Assembly (NCBI GenBank): GCA_019749945.1
Contig: JAIEPF010000002.1
Location: 11,914 to 75,913, forward strand
DNA from: Burkholderiales bacterium
Lineage (GTDB): Bacteria; Pseudomonadota; Gammaproteobacteria; Burkholderiales; SG8-41
Length of the DNA: 64,000 nt
Direction: 5' to 3'
The notes beneath the pieces are model-generated. The model ran no database searches, was not told where the DNA came from, and saw only the letters and a program-made list of their open reading frames with translations. A program made the position numbers and the translations under genes. Below, piece after piece: positions 1 to 8,675 of this stretch (position 1 is its first letter; each line of letters opens with the position of its first letter).

Positions 1-1
1 G

Positions 2-847
2 CTGCTTGAGATCATCAAAATCGGCGAAGCGCCGGCACGGCCGCTTCCCGGCGGGTCACGTCCGCTTTCAGGGGTACGCGTGCTCGACCTCACCCGTGTC
101 CTGGCGGGCCCCGCCTGTGCGCGTACGCTGGCCGAACACGGTGCCGATGTGCTCAGAGTAACCCGGGAAGATCTTGCCGATTTCGGGCTGATGGATTTTG
201 ATACCAACGTCGGAAAACTCAGCACGCACATTGACCTGCGCAATGCTGGTGAAGCCGAAACGATGCGCTCGCTCATTCGCGACTGCGATGTGTTCTCGCA
301 ATCCTATCGACCGGGTACATTGGCGCGGCGCGGACTGTCTCCCGAAGCGCTCGCAGAGCTGCGTCCCGGTATCGTCTATGTCACGCTCAACGCCTGGGGC
401 CACGAAGGCCCCTGGCGCGAGCGGCGCGGTTACGACACCATCGTTCAGGCGGCAAACGGCATGGCATGGCAGCCGGATGGTCAGCGCCCGGCCTTTCTGC
501 CGTACGCCGCGCAGGACTACGTGGTGGGCTACCTGCTGGCTTACGGTACGATGGTCGCTCTGGGACGCCGCGTTCGCGAAGGCGGCAGCTGGCTCGTCAG
601 GGCCTCGCTTGCCGGTGCCGGGCAGTGGATCCGCCAGCATGGACTTCTCGATCCATCCCAATACGCGCATCTGCCCGCGGAACTTCCCCCGGAAGAATTG
701 CAATCACTGCTGATGCACCACGATTCACCCGTGGGTCGCATTACCCACCTCGCACCCGTGGTGCAGATGTCGGAAACGAAAACGCGCTGGATGCGACCTT
801 CAGTCCCCCGCGGATTCCACCAGCCAGTCTGGCCCGCGCGGGAATAA
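2..847 (+). CDS. Family III CoA-transferase (CaiB/BaiF type), 5'-truncated by window edge
   Basis: Track ORF 80..847 stays open in the same frame back to base 2. The upstream translation ...PLSGVRVLDLTRVLAGP is the canonical N-terminal motif of family III CoA-transferases. Paralogous to 3799..5004 and 10359..11570. Confidence 0.85.
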   Translation: MLEIIKIGEAPARPLPGGSRPLSGVRVLDLTRVLAGPACARTLAEHGADVLRVTREDLADFGLMDFDTNVGKLSTHIDLRNAGEAETMRSLIRDCDVFSQSYRPGTLARRGLSPEALAELRPGIVYVTLNAWGHEGPWRERRGYDTIVQAANGMAWQPDGQRPAFLPYAAQDYVVGYLLAYGTMVALGRRVREGGSWLVRASLAGAGQWIRQHGLLDPSQYAHLPAELPPEELQSLLMHHDSPVGRITHLAPVVQMSETKTRWMRPSVPRGFHQPVWPARE

Positions 848-863
848 ATCGATATGCCGGCGT

Positions 864-2243
864 TCAGTGCAGGGGTGCCAACCCCTCCAGCAGCGTCGGC
901 AGCAGCTCCGACACCGTCGGATGCAGGTGCACGCCGCGGTTGATCACGGTGTAGGGCTGGCGCGCCGTCATCACCTCCAGTATGGAATGGATCACTTCGT
1001 CGCCGTGCACGCCGAGGATGGCCGCGCCGAGGATCTCTTTGGTGTCGGCGGCCACCGCGATTTTCATGAAACCCGCCGTCTCGCCCATTTCACGGGCACG
1101 GCCGACGCGGGTCATCATCATCTTGGCGGTCAGCGCGGGACGGCCCGAGGCGCGGACCTGTGCCTGGTTCATGCCGACGCGCCCCAGCGGCGGATCGACG
1201 AACAGCGCATAAATGGGAATGCGGTCACTGACCTTGCGCGATGCGCCGTCGAACAGGTTGTTTGCGACGATTTCGTAATCGTTCCAGCTGGTGTGGGTGA
1301 ATGCGCCGCGGCCGTTGCAGTCGCCCAGCGCATAGACACCTTCGGCACTCGTCGACAGTGCCTCGTCGACCACGATATAACCGCGCGCATCGGTCTTGAT
1401 GCCGGCCGCCGGCAAGCCCAGATCATGGGTGTTCGGCACGCGGCCAATGGCGAGCAGCACATGCGAACCTTCGACCAGCGGCGCACCTTCCTCGCAGGCC
1501 ACCGAAGTCGCGACCCGCTCGCCGCGTCGCTGCAAGCCGATGCAATTGGCGTTAAGCCGAAACTCGATGCCTTCACCTTCAAGAATCCCGAGTATCGCTG
1601 CGGATACGTCTTCGTCCTCACGCGCAATCAGGCGCGGCCCGGCTTCAACCACGGTCACGCGACAGCCGAAGCGGCGGTACATCTGCGCGAACTCGAGCCC
1701 GATGTAGCTGCCGCCGATGATGACCAGGTGTTCGGGCAGCCGGTCGAGATGCATGATGCGTTCGTTGTTGAGAAACGGCACATCAGCGATGCCCGGCATG
1801 TCCGGCAGTGCTGCGCGGCCGCCGACATTGATGAATATGCGCGGCGCCTCGAGTTCGCGGTCACCGACGCGCAGCCGGTGCGGCGCGGTGAACTGGGCAT
1901 GGCCTTCGATGACAGTGACGTTGCGGGCGCCGTCGAGCCAGGACCGCAGGCCCTCGCGCGACTGTTTCACCACGGCATCCTTGCGCGCCTTGACGCGCTG
2001 CATGTCGACACGAACCGGGTTATCGATGAGCACGCCATATTCCGCGCCGCTGCGGGCGACATGCGCGGCGCGCGCGCTGGCGACCAGAGTCTTGGTCGGC
2101 ACACAGCCGTTGTTGACGCAGGTGCCGCCAAAGCGGTGGCGTTCGATGATGGCGGTCTTCAGCCCCTCTTTGCCGCAGCGCACCGCCAAGGCCGGGCCGG
2201 CCTGGCCGGCGCCGATCACGATTGCGTCGAATGGTTCAGGCAT
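864..2243 (-). CDS. Class I pyridine nucleotide-disulfide (FAD) oxidoreductase, dihydrolipoamide dehydrogenase/mercuric reductase-like
   Basis: 459 aa. N-terminal GxGxxG (VIGAGQAG), redox-active disulfide motif GGTCVNNGCVPTK, and a second dinucleotide fold (IIGGSYIGLEFA). Confidence 0.85.
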   Translation of the reverse strand: MPEPFDAIVIGAGQAGPALAVRCGKEGLKTAIIERHRFGGTCVNNGCVPTKTLVASARAAHVARSGAEYGVLIDNPVRVDMQRVKARKDAVVKQSREGLRSWLDGARNVTVIEGHAQFTAPHRLRVGDRELEAPRIFINVGGRAALPDMPGIADVPFLNNERIMHLDRLPEHLVIIGGSYIGLEFAQMYRRFGCRVTVVEAGPRLIAREDEDVSAAILGILEGEGIEFRLNANCIGLQRRGERVATSVACEEGAPLVEGSHVLLAIGRVPNTHDLGLPAAGIKTDARGYIVVDEALSTSAEGVYALGDCNGRGAFTHTSWNDYEIVANNLFDGASRKVSDRIPIYALFVDPPLGRVGMNQAQVRASGRPALTAKMMMTRVGRAREMGETAGFMKIAVAADTKEILGAAILGVHGDEVIHSILEVMTARQPYTVINRGVHLHPTVSELLPTLLEGLAPLH

Positions 2244-2309
2244 GTCACCTCCTGTCGCAGAAAGTGCATCCTAGGGCTGCCCGCCGGAGCAAGGCAAGCC
2301 CGGTCAAAT

Positions 2310-3368
2310 TCAGTTCAGCGGCGCAATCCCGAGTTCACCCGCCAGCTTGCCCAGCGCATCAAGCAGTGCAGCCGGCATCGGTATGCCCATTTTCTCGTTC
2401 TCGGCGCGGGCGATATGCGTGCCCTCACCCGGCAGGCGGATGCGGTCGACGCCGGGCAGGCGTTGTGAATTGCGGATGTCGCGGATCAGCGTGTCCATGC
2501 CTTGCTTGAATTCCTTCAGATCCTGGAAGGCTTCGATATTGATGGCGACGATGGTGTGGCCGGTGTTGGTTTCGGTGGTGTCGTCGTTGTTGAAATCGAC
2601 CACATCCTTGCCCATCGCCGCAGCATTCAGATTGCCGGCCAAGAGGCCCATCACCAGCGCCAGGCCGTAACCCTTGTAACCGCCGATCGGCAGCAGGAAA
2701 CCTTCACTGGCGCGTTTCGGATCGGTCAGCGGCCTGCCCTGGCGATCCATCATCCAGCCCTCGGGCATCATCTCGCCGCGCTGCGCCTTGGTTTTGACCT
2801 TGCCGTACGCCGCCACGGTCGTCGCCATGTCGAGAACAATGGCAGGTTCGTCGCCGGCCGGTACGGCCACTGCGATGGGATTGGTCGACAGCAGCATGTC
2901 CAGCCCGCCCCAGGGCGGCAGATGGTTGGCGCTGCCCACGGCCATGTAGAGCCCGATCATGTTGTGCGCCAGCGGCATGCTCGCGTAGAGCGACGCCGGA
3001 CCGGCGTGATTGCTCCAGCGTGCGCCGACCCAGGCGACACCGGCAGTTTTCGCTTTTTCAATGGCTTTTTCGGTGGCGAATTTCATCACCAGATGGCCCA
3101 TGCCGTTGTCGCCGTGCACCAGCGCCATGCCGGCCATTTCACGTTCGACGCGGATATTGGGTTTGACGTTGACGGCCTTGCCCTTGATGCGGCGAATGTA
3201 CTGCGGCAGGCGGAACACGCCGTGGCCTTCGGAGCCGTTGATATCCGCCTGCGCCATCAGTTGCGCAATGGCCTTGGCATCTTCGCGCGGAATCGCGACC
3301 GCCTCGAATGCACTGGCGATGAAGGTGCGCAGCTTGTCACCGGGAATGCGTTGTTTCTGTTCAGCCAC
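2310..3368 (-). CDS. Ldh_2 family oxidoreductase (type-2 malate/L-lactate/ureidoglycolate dehydrogenase family)
   Basis: 352 aa. N-terminus ...ADINGSEGHGVFRLPQYIRR... and overall length are typical of the Ldh_2 family. Overlaps the downstream VOC gene by 8 nt, which suggests an operon. Confidence 0.8.
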   Translation of the reverse strand: MAEQKQRIPGDKLRTFIASAFEAVAIPREDAKAIAQLMAQADINGSEGHGVFRLPQYIRRIKGKAVNVKPNIRVEREMAGMALVHGDNGMGHLVMKFATEKAIEKAKTAGVAWVGARWSNHAGPASLYASMPLAHNMIGLYMAVGSANHLPPWGGLDMLLSTNPIAVAVPAGDEPAIVLDMATTVAAYGKVKTKAQRGEMMPEGWMMDRQGRPLTDPKRASEGFLLPIGGYKGYGLALVMGLLAGNLNAAAMGKDVVDFNNDDTTETNTGHTIVAINIEAFQDLKEFKQGMDTLIRDIRNSQRLPGVDRIRLPGEGTHIARAENEKMGIPMPAALLDALGKLAGELGIAPLN

Positions 3369-3771
3369 CGTGTTCCTCCAGTTCGATCAACGCGCCGAGA
3401 AAATCCTTGGGGTGCACGAACGCAATGCGTTCACCGTGCACGTTCAGTTGCACCTTGCCGCCGCCCAGCACCTGCACGCCCGCAGCCGTGAGTTCCTTTG
3501 TGGTCTGCTCCACGCTGTAGACGCCGAGGCAGAAATGATGGATGCCGCCCTTGGGATTGCGCTCGAGAAATTTGGCCACCGGCGAATCCGCGCGCGACGG
3601 TTCCATCAGTTCGATCTTGGCGTTGCCGAGATCGATGTAGGTCATGCGCACACCCTGCTCGTCATTGACCCGGATCTCGCCGGCTACCAGCCCGTACGTC
3701 GCGCGCAGTTTTTCCAGCGCCTTAGCCAGGTCAGGCACGACGATGGAGACATGGCTGAGTCCGGTAATCAT
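3361..3771 (-). CDS. VOC family protein, methylmalonyl-CoA epimerase-like
   Basis: 136 aa. MITGLSHVSIVVPDL... and ...GGIHHFCLGV... match the glyoxalase/VOC fold of acyl-CoA epimerases. Confidence 0.75.
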   Translation of the reverse strand: MITGLSHVSIVVPDLAKALEKLRATYGLVAGEIRVNDEQGVRMTYIDLGNAKIELMEPSRADSPVAKFLERNPKGGIHHFCLGVYSVEQTTKELTAAGVQVLGGGKVQLNVHGERIAFVHPKDFLGALIELEEHGG

Positions 3772-3798
3772 CGCGGCATTATATATAACATATTGATT

Positions 3799-5004
3799 TT
3801 AAATAACTTTTTCAGCGCGCAAGGCATTGATGCGGGCATCGCTGAAACCGAGTTCTTCGCGCAGCACGGCTTCGGTGTGCTGGCCCAGCAGCGGCGGCGC
3901 GCGGCGGATGCTGGCCGGCGTGTCGCTGAAGCGAAAGGGAATGCCGAGCATTCTGATGCTGCCGGCGGTCGGATGTTCGACCGTGGTCACCATGTCGCGC
4001 GCAAGCGCATGCGGCGCGGCCAGAGCCTGCGCCACACTGTTGATGCGGCCGCAGGGAATGCCGGCAGCCTTCAGGTTTTCGATCCAGGTTTCCGCGCCCT
4101 CGCGTTTCAACTCGGCCTTGATCAGCGCATCCAGCGCATCGCGGTTGCCGACACGATCCGGATTTTTGCTGAAGCGCGGGTCCGTCGCCCATTCAGCATG
4201 GCCCAGCACCGCGGCGAATTTCGCGAACTGGCCGTCATTGCCCACCGCCACCGCGATCCTGTCGTCGCGCGTCGGATAGGCGGTGTAGGGCACGATGTTG
4301 GGATGGCCGTTGCCGAAACGGCCGGCGTCCCTGCCCGAGATCAGATGGTTGGAAGCGACATTCGCCAGCATCGCGAGTCCGGAATCAAACAAGGACACTT
4401 CGACATGCTGGCCGCGGCCCGTGCTGTGGCGCGCATGGAGCGCGGCAAGGATGGTATTGCAGGCCAGCATGCCGGTGCAGATGTCGACAATCGCGACACC
4501 GTATTTCATCGGCTCGCCGTCGCGCTCTCCGGTGATGCCCATCAGGCCCGACTCCGCCTGCAGGATGAAATCGTAGCCGGGCAATCCGGCCTTGGGTCCC
4601 GTCGCACCATAACCGGTGATCGAACAGCGCACCACGCGCGGCGCGTTTTCCTGCAGCCATTCGTTGCCGAAGCCCCACTTCTCCAGCGTGCCGACCTTGA
4701 AATTCTCGACCAGCACGTCGGCCTTGCGGATCAGTCCTGCCAACACTTCCTGCCCCGACTTCACCGCCATGTTCAGCGTCATTGAACGCTTGTTGCGATT
4801 GACGCCGAGGTAGTAGGCCGACTCGCCCTCGGCAAAGGGCGGCCCCCAGCTGCGCGTATCGTCCCCCGCGCCCGGCGGCTCGACCTTGATCACATCCGCG
4901 CCCATGTCGCCGAGCATCATCGTGCACAGCGGGCCGGCGAGGATGCGGGTCAGGTCGAGGACGCGGACACCGGCGAGCGCGCCGGCTGGATGTTCAGAAG
5001 TCAT
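3799..5004 (-). CDS. Family III CoA-transferase (CaiB/BaiF)
   Basis: 401 aa. GVRVLDLTRILAGPLCTMMLGDMGADVIKVEPP motif. Full-length similarity to the other CaiB-type ORFs in the window. Confidence 0.9.
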   Translation of the reverse strand: MTSEHPAGALAGVRVLDLTRILAGPLCTMMLGDMGADVIKVEPPGAGDDTRSWGPPFAEGESAYYLGVNRNKRSMTLNMAVKSGQEVLAGLIRKADVLVENFKVGTLEKWGFGNEWLQENAPRVVRCSITGYGATGPKAGLPGYDFILQAESGLMGITGERDGEPMKYGVAIVDICTGMLACNTILAALHARHSTGRGQHVEVSLFDSGLAMLANVASNHLISGRDAGRFGNGHPNIVPYTAYPTRDDRIAVAVGNDGQFAKFAAVLGHAEWATDPRFSKNPDRVGNRDALDALIKAELKREGAETWIENLKAAGIPCGRINSVAQALAAPHALARDMVTTVEHPTAGSIRMLGIPFRFSDTPASIRRAPPLLGQHTEAVLREELGFSDARINALRAEKVI

Positions 5005-5042
5005 TGGAACTCTCTGCTACAGGGAACAGCAAGTGCGTTAAC

Positions 5043-5139
5043 CGCCAAGACGCCAAGGCCGCCAAGAAGAGCGAAACCTAATGCCTAACTAAAACCAGTG
5101 GTTTTTTGGTTTTCTTGGCGTTCTTGGCGTCTTGGCGGT
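5043..5139. repeat. Composite hairpin: 26-nt inverted arms, each built from three gccaag(N2-3) units
   Basis: Left arm ccgccaagacgccaaggccgccaaga (5043-5068). The right arm reverse complement is ccgccaagacgccaagaacgccaaga (5114-5139). 24/26 bases pair, with two adjacent central mismatches. Confidence 0.8.
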
Positions 5140-5145
5140 GAAAAG

Positions 5146-6057
5146 CTATTTCTTCTTGCGGCGCATCGACGGCGGCGCATTGAGGTCACGCTCGTAACCA
5201 TCGACGTATTTCTCCAGTTCCTTTTTCGCCTGCAGGCGGAATTTCTGGAAGTTCGGTTTGCGGCCGGCGAGGAAGGCGTCCATGCCTTCGTTCGCCTCGG
5301 GCGAACCCCAGACATGCGCCAACAGTTCCATGCCCTGCTGCCAGGACGAGTACAGGTTGTCGGATTCGAAGTTCAGCGACTTCTTGGTCATACGAATGGT
5401 CAGCGCGCTGTGGCCCTTCATGGTTTCGCACCACTTCAGGGTTTCCTTCAGCAGGTCCTTCTGCGGCACGCACTTGTTGATCAGGCCGACTTCGACGGCT
5501 TCCTTCGCCGGGAAACGGCGGGCGCAGAAAATCATTTCACGCGCCAGGCGTTCACCGATGATGCGCGGGATGTACTGGGTCGCACCCACGGTCGGGCAGG
5601 CCCCCACCTTGGCGCCGGTCTGGCCGAGCACCGCGTTTTCCGAGGCGATCACCAGGTCGCACCACAGCGCGAGTTCATGTCCGCCGCCCATGCACCAGCC
5701 GTTGACCATGGCGATCACCGGGATCGGCAGGCCGCGGATGGTCATCGCCAGGCCCAGCATGCGGTCGTTCCACATATAGGCATTGGTGAAATTGAGGCGC
5801 TTCATGGCGTAAAAATCGCCGCCCGCCGAAAAAGACTTGTTGCCCTTGCCGGTGATCACGGCGCAGACGATGGACGGGTCTTCGCGCGTCGATTTCAGCG
5901 CGTCGATCATCTCGTCGAGGGTCTGCTCGCGGAAAGCGTTGAGCACCTTCTCGCGGTTGATGGTGATCCACGCCACCTGATCCTTCACTTCGAACAGGAT
6001 ATCGGTGTAGTTGCGTTTTTTGGATTTTTTTGCGGCTTTGGCCATGACACTCCCCAC
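5146..6057 (-). CDS. Enoyl-CoA hydratase/isomerase (crotonase) family protein with basic C-terminal tail
   Basis: 303 aa. Crotonase core (ITINREKVLNAF..., VITGKGNKSFSAGGD, MVNGWCMGGGHELALWCD). The extra C-terminal ~45 aa are lysine/arginine-rich. Confidence 0.85.
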   Translation of the reverse strand: MGSVMAKAAKKSKKRNYTDILFEVKDQVAWITINREKVLNAFREQTLDEMIDALKSTREDPSIVCAVITGKGNKSFSAGGDFYAMKRLNFTNAYMWNDRMLGLAMTIRGLPIPVIAMVNGWCMGGGHELALWCDLVIASENAVLGQTGAKVGACPTVGATQYIPRIIGERLAREMIFCARRFPAKEAVEVGLINKCVPQKDLLKETLKWCETMKGHSALTIRMTKKSLNFESDNLYSSWQQGMELLAHVWGSPEANEGMDAFLAGRKPNFQKFRLQAKKELEKYVDGYERDLNAPPSMRRKKK

Positions 6058-6109
6058 GGGTGATTGGTGCTGCGGAAAGCGGCGATTTTAGCAGATGGCC
6101 TGCCGGCGA

Positions 6110-6138
6110 TTGACAGGCGCCGGTGGCCTCTCTATCTT
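6110..6138 (+). promoter_or_regulatory. Putative sigma70-type promoter for the Bug/TctC gene
   Basis: TTGACA (6110-6115), 17-nt spacer, TATCTT (6133-6138). It lies in the divergent intergenic region, and a GGAGGA Shine-Dalgarno precedes the ATG at 6199. Confidence 0.35.
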
Positions 6139-6198
6139 GAGTTCGCGGCGCACAAGACGAAGTTCACAACATGACACCCGCCGCTTCAGGAGGAAGCC

Positions 6199-7164
6199 AT
6201 GAAATCATCATTCTTGCCGTTGATTGCCGCATGCTGTGCCCTGGCCGTGACCGCACAGGCCCAGAATTACCCGACCAAACCGATCCGCATCATCGTCCCC
6301 TTCGTGCCCGCCGGCCCGACCGACAACCAGGCGCGCTGGGCGGCACAACAGCTCACCGCCGCCCTCGGCCAGCAGGTCATCGTCGACAACCGCCCGGGTG
6401 CCGGCGGCGTGCCCGGCACCGAGGCCGTGGTGCGCAGCGCCCCCGACGGCTATACGCTGCTCGCCGGCAATCCCGGCCCGCTGACCATCGCGCCCAGCGT
6501 GCGCGCGCAGATGCCCTATGACCCGCTGCGCGATCTGGCACCCATCGCGCTGATCGCGCGCAGCGCGAGCTGTGTCTGCCTGCACCCCAGTCTGCCCGCG
6601 AAAAACGTCAAGGAGTTCGTCGCGCTGGCCAAGGCGCAGCCGGGCAAGATCAACTACGGCTCGCCCGGCGTCGGCACGGTCGGCCATTTCGCCACCGAGC
6701 TGTTTGCCTTCCAGTCCGGCGTCAAACTGAACCACATCCCGTACAAGGGTGCGGCGCAGTACACCGTCGACCTGATCGCCGGCAATATCGAACTCGCGAT
6801 CAACCAGTTCGCCATCGCCACGCCCTATGTCAATGCCGGCAAGCTGCGCTGCCTCGGCGCCACTTCGCGGGAACGTTCACCGCTGCTGCCCAATGTGCCG
6901 ACCATCGCCGAACAGGGCATCAAGGATTTCGAGAGTTACAACTGGAACGGCGTGCTGGCGCCGGCAGGCACACCGCCGGCGATCATCAGCCGCATCGCCG
7001 ACATCATCGCGAAACAACTGGCGACGCCCGAAGCAAAAGCCCTGTACTCGGGTCAGGGCCATGAAGCCAGCGGCATCACCACCACGGCTTATGCCGATTT
7101 CCTCAAGGCCGAAACCGAGAAATGGGCCAAGATTGCCAAAGTCGCCAACATCCCCAAACAGTAA
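6199..7164 (+). CDS. Bug family (TctC-like) tripartite tricarboxylate transporter substrate-binding protein
   Basis: 321 aa. Signal peptide, then the hallmark YPTKPIRIIVPFVPAGPTD. Length and C-terminal region are typical of Bug proteins. Confidence 0.9.
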   Translation: MKSSFLPLIAACCALAVTAQAQNYPTKPIRIIVPFVPAGPTDNQARWAAQQLTAALGQQVIVDNRPGAGGVPGTEAVVRSAPDGYTLLAGNPGPLTIAPSVRAQMPYDPLRDLAPIALIARSASCVCLHPSLPAKNVKEFVALAKAQPGKINYGSPGVGTVGHFATELFAFQSGVKLNHIPYKGAAQYTVDLIAGNIELAINQFAIATPYVNAGKLRCLGATSRERSPLLPNVPTIAEQGIKDFESYNWNGVLAPAGTPPAIISRIADIIAKQLATPEAKALYSGQGHEASGITTTAYADFLKAETEKWAKIAKVANIPKQ

Positions 7165-7176
7165 ACGTCAAAAGCA

Positions 7177-7291
7177 GCCACAGAGGTCACAGAGTCCACA
7201 GAGAAAACATGAAACAGGTGATCGCTTGCTTTGCCGTTCTCTGTGTCCTCTGTGACCTCTGTGGCTAAAGGTTTTAGGTTTTAGATTTTAG
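7177..7291. repeat. Composite hairpin: 29-nt inverted arms of three cacagagNN 9-mers, followed by three (g/a)ttttag heptamers
   Basis: Left arm gccacagaggtcacagagtccacagagaa (7177-7205). The right arm reverse complement is gccacagaggtcacagaggacacagagaa (7237-7265). 27/29 bases pair, with two adjacent central mismatches. Then gttttag gttttag attttag (7271-7291). Confidence 0.8.
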
Positions 7292-7308
7292 AAAACAAAG
7301 GAACCGGC

Positions 7309-8478
7309 ATGACCGCAAAAAAAGACCCCGCCTATTTCATGTACTTCCCCGGCAACTACCGCTGGTCATCGGCGTTCATCAACATCCTGAGTGCCGCGCC
7401 CTACGGCGGTTCGGAAATCAGCGAACTGTACAAAATCGCCGTGCAACTGAAGGACAAGGCGCCGGACGACGATGAAGCCTGGTTCCATGCCTGCGTCAAT
7501 GTGGCCGACAAGGTACGCGCCCACGCCGAGCGTTTTGAAGCCAGCAAACACCCGGTCTCAGCCGCCAGCGCCTATCTGCGTGCCTGCAATTACTACCAGA
7601 TGGCGGAACGCTTCCGCACGCCGAAAGACGAGATCGCGCTGGCCGCCTACAAAAAGGGGGTGGATTGTTTCCACCGCCATGTCGGCCTGACCGACGTCAA
7701 GATCGAAATCGTCGAGATTCCGACCGCCGCCGGCCCGCTGCCCGGTTATTTCGTGCATGCGCAGAATGCAAAATCGAAAAAACCGCCCTGCGTGGTGTAT
7801 TTCGACGGCCTAGACGTCACCAAGGAAATCCAGTACGTGCGCGGCGTGCCCGACCTGATCAAGCGCGGCATCTCGGTGCTGGTGATGGATGGCCCGGGCA
7901 CCGGTGAAGCCATCCGTTTCCGCGGCCAGTACCTGCGCCACGATTACGAAATCGCCGGCTCGGCCTGCATCGACTGGCTGGAAAAACGCAATGACGTCGA
8001 CGCCAAAAAAATCGGCGTGGTCGCGATCAGCCTCGGCGGTTATTACTCGCCGCGCATGGCGTCGATGGATCACCGCTTTGCCGCCTGCATCGCCTGGGGC
8101 GCGATCTGGGATTACCACGCCACCTGGAAAAAGCGCATCGACGCACAGTTCAAGACATCCCTGTCGGTACCCGGCCACCACATCACGTGGATCTTGGGTG
8201 TCGACACGCTAGACGAAGCGCTGAAAAAACTCGAGCCGTTCAAATTGGATGGTGTCGTGCAGAAAATGCGTTGTCCCTTCCTGATCGTGCACGGCGCCGA
8301 CGACGAGCAGGTGCCACTGGCCGATGCGCAGGCGCTGTACAACGCCTCGGGCTCGCCGGATAAAACGCTGCGGGTCTTCACCGCTGAAGAAGGCGGCGCG
8401 CAGCATTGCCAGCGCGATTACCTTACGCTGGGTGTGGCGGAGATGTGGAACTGGTTTGAGGACAAGCTGAAGCCGTGA
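7309..8478 (+). CDS. Alpha/beta hydrolase with N-terminal helical domain (2,6-dihydroxypseudooxynicotine hydrolase-like)
   Basis: 389 aa. Nucleophile elbow AISLGGYYS. Acid/His region FLIVHGADDEQVP ... GGAQHCQ. Full-length paralogue of 16695..17924. Confidence 0.8.
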   Translation: MTAKKDPAYFMYFPGNYRWSSAFINILSAAPYGGSEISELYKIAVQLKDKAPDDDEAWFHACVNVADKVRAHAERFEASKHPVSAASAYLRACNYYQMAERFRTPKDEIALAAYKKGVDCFHRHVGLTDVKIEIVEIPTAAGPLPGYFVHAQNAKSKKPPCVVYFDGLDVTKEIQYVRGVPDLIKRGISVLVMDGPGTGEAIRFRGQYLRHDYEIAGSACIDWLEKRNDVDAKKIGVVAISLGGYYSPRMASMDHRFAACIAWGAIWDYHATWKKRIDAQFKTSLSVPGHHITWILGVDTLDEALKKLEPFKLDGVVQKMRCPFLIVHGADDEQVPLADAQALYNASGSPDKTLRVFTAEEGGAQHCQRDYLTLGVAEMWNWFEDKLKP

Positions 8479-8591
8479 TCAGCTACTGTGAGCTCCGGCG
8501 CTGCCAGGATTGTGGGGCGCCGGTTGGGGCCAAGGACAAGTTTTGTGCGCGGTGTGGGGCGAAGCTACCGCGAGAACCTAAAGCAGGTTAA
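8475..8591 (+). CDS. 38-aa zinc-ribbon micro-ORF (CxxC-x13-CxxC), possibly a gene remnant
   Basis: Read by hand and absent from the track because it is under 60 aa. Its GTG overlaps the hydrolase stop (GTGA). Translation is MISYCELRRCQDCGAPVGAKDKFCARCGAKLPREPKAG. Host-like GC content. Confidence 0.4.
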   Translation: MISYCELRRCQDCGAPVGAKDKFCARCGAKLPREPKAG

Positions 8592-8675
8592 AAATAATAG
8601 AACTTTTCGAAACAAGCTCTCATACTTGCTTTTTAGACATTTCTTCGGCTGAAATTGCCTTTAAAGGCCTAATAC

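Noticed and set aside
867-2468. 533-aa + strand ORF, and similar very long ORFs elsewhere: 3010..4785 +, 13673..15343 +, 15286..16899 -, 16506..17492 -, 26781..27956 -, 40666..41766 +, 42070..43587 +, 44657..45994 +, 46262..47269 +, 53642..54823 +
   Set aside because: Each lies antisense to, or out of frame with, a gene that has strong family motifs. Their translations are Arg/Ala/Gly/His-rich, low-complexity and without recognisable domains. This is the usual shadow-ORF artefact of GC-rich DNA.
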